Shown one piece after another: positions 56,676 to 64,000 of a DNA stretch of 64,000 nucleotides. The notes under the pieces are model-generated. The model worked only from the letters and a program-made list of their open reading frames with translations, made no database searches and was not told where the DNA came from. The position numbers and the translations under genes are program-made. The number at the start of each line of letters is the position of its first letter. Positions within the stretch are counted from its first letter, which is position 1. Source of the stretch: Octopus vulgaris (lineage: Eukaryota); NCBI GenBank assembly GCA_951406725.2, contig OX597828.1, positions 62,001-126,000 on the forward strand, read 5' to 3'.

Positions 56676-56677
<2 letters not shown>
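55430..56677 (-). pseudogene. Second R4/Dong-like fragment (different subfamily)
   Basis: CRFCDTFDETIDHLVSGC, RHDRV, ANRPDII and DKLSKYKDL; tandem 42/23-bp repeats at the 5' junction; (TTA)n flanks. Confidence 0.93.
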
Positions 56678-56768
<91 letters not shown>

Positions 56769-56775
56769 CATTATC

Positions 56776-56868
<93 letters not shown>

Positions 56869-56869
56869 T

Positions 56870-57880
56870 CAATTTTACTTCTCAGTGTCCTCGAATTTAT
56901 TTGCTGTGGTTAATTCAATAAAAGCAACAGGTTACTACCTGTTGTCAAAGGTCTCACAGGATCTCCTTTAACGATACTTGACACCCAAGGACCAATCTCA
57001 AAATCCTCACTATCCTCAATGGAGAGTAGTTTTCTGAGCCTGTCCTACCCTCATGTCAATTCCAATTTCTCCAACATATTTCTCAAACCTGGCTGTTAAT
57101 GCTCCCAATGTCCCGACAACTGCTGGGAGGACACTTACTCTCTTCATTGCTCACATTCTTGTAATTTTCTCTTTTGGTAGCTTATATTTTATCATCTTTT
57201 CCAGCTCTTTATCACCTACGCATGTGTTCTCAAGTATGACAATATCTATGATCCGTTTCCTTCTTCCTTCCAATCCACTACAACAATGCCTAATCTCCGA
57301 TCACCAATTAGTGTATCACATTGGATGGTTCATGTTCCTACGATTTCCCTGTTCTTTCAAGACTATTTTGCTTCTATCTTTTCTATTCCTTTTCGCCCGG
57401 TTTGCTACACTTACTCACAATATGTAGATTGCTTCGTTTTTACTGCTACACATCTATTTGGAACTTGGCCTAATTAATTTTCTTGTTCTTGGGCGCTGCA
57501 TATCAATGCCTCAGTGCATCCTTTCATATCACTCTTCCTTAGCGACCTCCAGGCGTTTAGTTTAGTCTTGTCTTTCCCTTCAATTTCTCTGAGGGATTAC
57601 CCATGCATCGTTTTCACTTTTCAGATGTTTAACTGTTGCTCTCCATCTCGTCTCTTAAATGGTTTTGGTTGTGTCACACTTTCAGTATGTGACAAAGCGT
57701 TAATCTGCTAACAATCTTCTAATAGCGACAAAGCTCTTTTCCTCGTTGACAACACTGATTTGTATCTTATGAGGCTCTTCCTCCCTTCTATCTTGACACA
57801 TACAGTCTATCGGTGTTCTTCAACATTTGGTAGTTTGAGACAAATTTCTACTGCATCACCTGATACACCTCCGTGTTGTT
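56870..57880 (-). pseudogene. Old R4/Dong-like fragment
   Basis: Decayed minus-strand homology (LHG.SL, LICSAQEQ, EKMIKY, VVGTLG-like segments) next to (TTA)n. Confidence 0.6.
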
Positions 57881-57899
57881 GGGGTGTGTGCAGCATTAT

Positions 57900-58598
57900 G
57901 TTCTTTTCTGTTGGGAGTGCACAAACTCTTCCTGGTATTTTACTGTGTTAGTTTTTTTTGTCTTGTGGTGTTGTGCAGTCTTTTGTTGTTTTACTATATT
58001 GTGTGTTGAGTGTGTAATGCGTTGGTTTTCTAGCTTGCTGATGGAAGTTTATTTCACTGGATAATTGCTGTATAGAGTGGGTCTTGTATTTGTGGGTTGT
58101 TTTGTTTAGGTTGTATTATTGAATTGATAGTGTCTTGCGTAGGATGTGGAATGTTCCTAGCTGGGCTATTTTTTGAATGGTGTGTAGTGTTGAGGATCCA
58201 GGTACAGCCTCTACGTTTTTGTTCATGTGTTTTTATTATCAAACCCAATGCTCCAATTATTATTGGTATTGTTTTTACCTCCATGCCTCACATTTTGAAT
58301 ACTTTAATTTCGAGGTCTTTCTACTTTGGCAATTTCTCCACTTGGACAATATTTTGATCAGAAGGGACTGCAATGTCTATCAGTAAGCAGGTGTTTTTTC
58401 CCGGTACTTGACTATTATGTCTGGACGATGAGCTTTTATTTCTTTGCCAGTTTGAATCGCCATTTCACAGATGATTGTGGCCTGGTCGTTATCCTGTGCC
58501 TTGACTGGCACATGCTTATACCACTTATTATCAGTTTTGATGTTGTAATGTTGGCATATTGTCCAGTGGATATAACTGTTCACTTGGTCGTGTCTGCA
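57900..58598 (-). pseudogene. R4/Dong-like endonuclease fragment
   Basis: YIHWTICQHY..KWYKH..AHRPDIIV and IPIIIGALG; 5' junction at (TTA)n. Confidence 0.85.
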
Positions 58599-58659
<61 letters not shown>

Positions 58660-58662
<3 letters not shown>

Positions 58663-58767
58663 TAGTTTTATTTTTATAGCGTGCTTTCACTTCACTACCG
58701 AGCGCAGCTCTGTGTGCCTTGGGTATGTGCTGTGATTTGTTGTGATGCTCTGATGGTTATTGTATGG

Positions 58768-58768
<1 letters not shown>
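58660..58768 (-). mobile_element. ~100-bp extreme 5'-truncated copy of the 54325 element
   Basis: About 90 bp identical to 54331-54422, embedded in (TTA)n. Confidence 0.88.
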
Positions 58769-58821
<53 letters not shown>

Positions 58822-60349
58822 GCATATATATTTGTGTATATCAATGAGTGTGCCCGCACACATACTGTATATATAATTACATACATATATACATTACATT
58901 CCTACATAGTTTCACGTACGCACACCGATACAAATATATATATATGTATGTGTGTGTATGTGTGTGTGTATGTATATATGTATGTACGTGTGTGTGTATA
59001 GACACATATATATATATATATATGATATACATACATATATATATGTATGCATAAACACATAAATATATGTGTGTGCGTGTGTGCGCGTATGTGTGTGATC
59101 GTGCGTGTGTGCGAATACATATGTGTGTCTGTGTGTATGTGTGTAGACTGGATGTTTTTCCGTAATGTGAGAGAACTGTGCCCCGGGCCGTAGGAAAGCC
59201 GCCAAAGCATCAATGAAGTAATCTATGGAACAACATGAAAATTAAACAATTTGAAGTGATTGGGATATAATAAGCGGTGAGGAAGGGAATGGGGACGGAA
59301 TCCGTACAGGGTCACAAAAGATGAAAGCTTTCGGATACACGTGAATAAACACACTGATACACACTTTGATGTGTGTGTGTGTGTATAGGTAGATAGATAT
59401 AGATATGTTTATATATATATATATGTATGTGTGTACATATATGTATGTATATACATGCACAAACTAACTCTCTCACACACACATACATAATGTTGTTTTT
59501 TGTGTTTTTTCTTCGCTTTTTTTTCGGAGGGGGGGGATAAATTATATATATGTGTGTATGTGTATGTGTGTATGTATGTTTGTATTATAGTTTCAGTTTA
59601 ATGGTAGGAAACATAAAAGTAGTCCTTTAGTGCGAAAGTGTTTGTGTACGCGCATATCTGTGTGTGTGTGTGTCAGAGAGAGAGAGAGAGAGAAAGAAAA
59701 GGTAAGAGAGGGAAAGTGAAAGAGTAAGGGAGAGAGAGAAAGAGAGAGAGAGAAAGAGAGAGAGAAAGAGAGAGAAGATAAGAGAGTGAGAGAGAGGAAG
59801 AGAGAGTAAGGGAGAGAGGATAAGAGAGAGAGAGAGAGATATCATATTCGTGCATGTATGTAATTATTTGTTATTCTGTTCCAAGAATTATTGTTTCGGT
59901 CGGGATATTTGCTGAAATATAAATAATTCAATATTTATTCGGCAATAAGGTCACAGAGGGTCATTCGAAGTCTACAGGAATAAACTGCTGCTTCACTACA
60001 AACAGGAGGAGGAGGAACTCGAATCCTATGGTGCTGTCAATTTGACGCCAAAATAATTGCCGTTTTCAACCATTTGCTTTAAGTTATACTTACAATTTGA
60101 GAGCAAATAGAGAAATATAGAAATAAGTCTTTATGAATGATATGTGAGGAAGCGAGTTAAGTTATAAAAATATGACTTAAAATACATTCGATTAGAAACC
60201 CCTCGTTTAGAAACAAAAACGCCTTAAAACTGCCTCAGATTATAAACCATTGAAATCTACCCAGTTTCGTCAGCAAGAGAGAGAGAGAGAGAGAGACCTA
60301 TGGAATAAGTTGGCTATGATAAAGTTACGAAAGCCAGTTTCTTCCACAT

Positions 60350-60477
60350 CGAGCAAATCGATCCCAGAACTTATTCTTTGTAAGCTTAGTACTTATTCTA
60401 TCGGTCTCTTTTGCCGAATGGCGAAGTTACGGGGACGTAAACACACCAGCATCGGTTGTCAAGTGACGTCGGAGGGA

Positions 60478-60514
<37 letters not shown>

Positions 60515-60663
60515 GTACATATATACGAAGGGCTTCTTTCAGTTTCCCTCTACCAAATCCACTCACAAGGCTTTGGTCGGCCCAAGGTGAAACGCAGTGG
60601 GACTGAACCCGGAACCATGTGGTTGGTAAGCAAGCTACTTACCACACAGCCACTCCTACGCCT
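60350..60663 (-). mobile_element. SINE family B copy
   Basis: Reverse complement of 39315-39700. Confidence 0.85.
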
Positions 60664-61169
60664 ATATATACGTGCCGGCAGCTTCGAATGTGAATTTGCT
60701 CATATGTCTTTTGTTTTGACTAAGGCGAACAATATATTGTCTTTGAGACAATTTGTGTCTACGACAACACTAAATTCTTTGGCAGGTAAGGGAACTTTGA
60801 GAGACCACGGGGTTTAGATCTGGTTATGTCTTTTCAATCAAAGGTAAACCGGATCAATGAATTTGATCAATGAATGTGACAGTTGTTTATAGAAATTTCC
60901 AAACTAAATATTCGCTGACGTGTGCCAAACCATGAGAGTCCCATCATCTGAAGGAATTCTTCTTTGTGGACAAAATACAATATGAGTTAGTGTATTCGAT
61001 CTCCAACTAAGAATTAATGTGGATGACATCGCTTTGATTCTCGTCACCGAGTACATGACGATTTATTGTATACATACATACATACATACATACATACATA
61101 CATGTGTGTATGTGAATGCGAGTGTGTGTGTATCTGTGTGTGTAGCTTTGCGTGTAGGTATGTACATGT

Positions 61170-61243
<74 letters not shown>

Positions 61244-61579
61244 TACAGTGGGCAGAAGTAATTCTTTAATAGTTTCAGGTGACAATAGAGACAAGTTAAC
61301 GTTGTTGTTGCCGCCACCATTTATCTCCCACACAATAATAGTTATTAACTCCAAAACAATCCATCAACGGCTCGATTTAATGACCCAAACTTGTTAGTCT
61401 GCATCGTGGTTCACATCAATAATTGCTTGTCTTCCATTTAATTGCCTGGGAGACATATCTTGACAACACCTAAATTTCTTTCTTTCTTTTTTTTTTTACA
61501 CAAAATACAGAATAAAAATTCCAGTAATAAAAAGGAATAATACTATAAAAGTAACGAACTGACGCCTGAATAACAACAA

Positions 61580-63401
61580 CAACAATAAAGTATGCGATAA
61601 GGAAGAAAGAGAAGTCGATAAATATAACGGGTTAGCTTGGGAGGTCAAGATGTTGTGGTCGCTGAAAAAGGTGGTAGTAGTACCAATAATTGTCAGAGCC
61701 CTGGGAACAGTGAGTAAAAATCTTGAGAAGTACATGGAACAAATAAAGGTGGAGAACTTAAGAATGGATGGAAATTTGAGAAAGTTGGCAAGGAGTATGG
61801 TGTAGATACAAAAGGCTCGAATGTTGTAATTGTTGAGGAACTGAAGTAGCACATACATGCAAAAATAGCAAAGCTGACTGGGTTTGAACAACGGATTAAG
61901 CAATACTAGCAAAACAAATTGTTTAGAATAAACCAAAAAAGATTTTATTAAGAGATTAATGACAATAAAAAACGTGACAGATTAGTCCCTGATGCTGATG
62001 AAAGCCGACTTTTCTGGGGAAAGATATGGAGTAAGCAAGAACAACACAATACTAGAGCTGAAAGACTCTGCAGCCTGAAGTAAAAAGCTTCCTATCTCCA
62101 GCAAGAGGCTATCCACTTCACAGACGATAGTATTAGAAATATGAGTAAAAAGATAATCAAATGGAGAGCAGCAGGACCTGATGATGTACAAGGATTCTTG
62201 ATGAAAAAAAGTTTAATAGTTGCCATAAATTGATCGCAGAGCAATTTAATGTACAGATCAATGGAAGAAATCCCGGGATGGGTGACAAAAGGACGGTGTT
62301 TTGCCTGAAGGATGCATCAAAGGAAAATGCTGCTGACAATTACAGACCAATTTTCTGACTCCCATTAATGTGAATGCTACTGTCAGGAGGAATTGCAGAA
62401 CTGTAAAAATTTCTTGATGAGAACGATATATTATCGTCCGAACAAAAAGCTGTAGAAGGAGATGCAGAGGTACCAAAGATAAATTATCGGTTGACAAAAT
62501 GTTAATGCAAAATTGTAAACGAAGGAGAATAAACCTGGAAATGACCTGAATTGACTATCGCAAAGCTTATGATATGATTCCACATTCGTAGATCATCGAG
62601 TGCTTAGACCTGTTTGGAATTGTAAGGAATGTAACGTGTTTCCGAAATATGGTGGGATGGAAAATTGAACTGACATCTTACGGAAAAAGCTTGGAGACCC
62701 TCGGTATCAGAAGAGGGATTTTCCAGGTTGCTGCTTGTTCTCTGAATGATATCCCTGACCTTACTTATCCTATACTTAGGAAAATGATTTTGGGGTACCA
62801 ACTAAAGGAAAAATCCCAAACAATCAACTACCTCCTCTTCATGTATGATTTGAAACTGTATGGCAAGGTTGAGACACTAGTGAGTTCCTTGGAGAACACA
62901 GTCCACTGTTTTAGTACTGATATTAGAATGGAATTTGGACTCAAGAAGTGCGGAATAATCTCCCTAAAAAAAGGCAAGATACGGTCCATAGCAGAAATAG
63001 AATTACCGAACAGAGACCTGATTAAACAAATTGAGACGGAAGGATAGAAATACCTTGGTGTACTAGAGTGCAACGAGATAATGGAAAAGGAAATGAAAGA
63101 GCAACTGAGGATGAAATATTTCGGAAGACTGAGGTTGGTGTTGTGCTCAATGAAGAGAGTTGACTTGATACCCATAGTAATTGGTACACTTGGAAGTATC
63201 AGCACTCATCTACCAGCATGGCTGAAAGAGATTGGTGCAAGTGTGAAGGTAGACACCTACAAAAACCAACATTGCTTGGAACTGCGAGAATTCTTCGCAG
63301 GGTTCTTGAAGCATGATCAGTAAACAAATGAAGCCTTAGTCTGCTGGCTGTGGACAGCTGACGCTTGCCATCATACCCAGCAAAATAAGTTGTGAAGTTT
63401 C

Positions 63402-63403
<2 letters not shown>
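61580..63403 (+). pseudogene. Decayed R4/Dong-like LINE(s) including the RT domain
   Basis: NYRPI, IDYRKAYD.IPH, IRRGIFQ, YLLFMYDLKLY, MEFGLKKC, KYLGV and IPIVIGTLG motifs; large internal deletion; ends in (TAA)n at 63404. Confidence 0.88.
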
Positions 63404-63458
<55 letters not shown>

Positions 63459-64000
63459 TACCTGATAGTGGCTTTCATGACTTCTTATTTTAACTGATTA
63501 GAAGTGTTATTACGGCCATGTTTTGTCTTGGTGGTAAATTTTCTGCTCAATACGACAGATTTGCGTATCAGTTGCTTGACCATAATCGGTTGAGCATGTC
63601 CGTCAGTGGTTAACGATGTGCGCATGTTTGATGGCTAACAGGAGTAGTTGGGGAGCATCATAGGCATGTGTTGAGAGTATTCTTTGGGGTTTGAATAATT
63701 CACCTTTTGTAACATCTGGATTTCATTCATCATCCTTAAACAGCTCTTTTGAGCGGGCTGGGCTACCCGACCTGAAGAAAATTGTAACTGGGCCCCACCC
63801 GCAAGGTCTTGTGCTGTTTATCTTGATATGGAGTCATCATGTCATGCACATATCGTTGTGATGCATTTTCTTTGTGAACACTTATGGGACAAGTAGTCAT
63901 GATATGTATATTGGGCTTCGTTGCTGGCATACACTGCTCTCTCATTTAATAACAATAGAATACCAGGGAATGGCGAACCTTCAGGGTTGGCGAAAGTGAT

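Overview
Eukaryotic, AT-rich and extremely microsatellite-dense intergenic or intronic DNA. The repeat families and microsatellite load resemble an octopus (coleoid cephalopod) genome; this is an inference. I found no intact host protein-coding gene, and most predicted ORFs are microsatellite translations. Recognisable content: decayed mariner and Tc1-like transposons and a MITE; two tRNA-derived SINE families; non-autonomous Helitrons with a two-module design; RTE, CR1 and Tx1/L1 LINE remnants; a cluster of R4/Dong-like restriction-like-endonuclease LINEs stacked in (TAA)n tracts; and a G-rich minisatellite. The most striking signal is about 14 type I hammerhead-ribozyme-like motifs, found and folded by eye. 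They lie in short non-coding elements with Penelope-like or retrozyme architecture (inverted or partial tandem units, two clear 13-15 bp target-site duplications), mostly abutting (TA)n tracts. Several have non-canonical cores: a G3-C8 swap in a 71-bp TSD-flanked mini-element, a recurrent U4C core (CCGANGA) in unrelated elements, and a 485-bp circularly permuted unit. No activity or database evidence could be obtained here.
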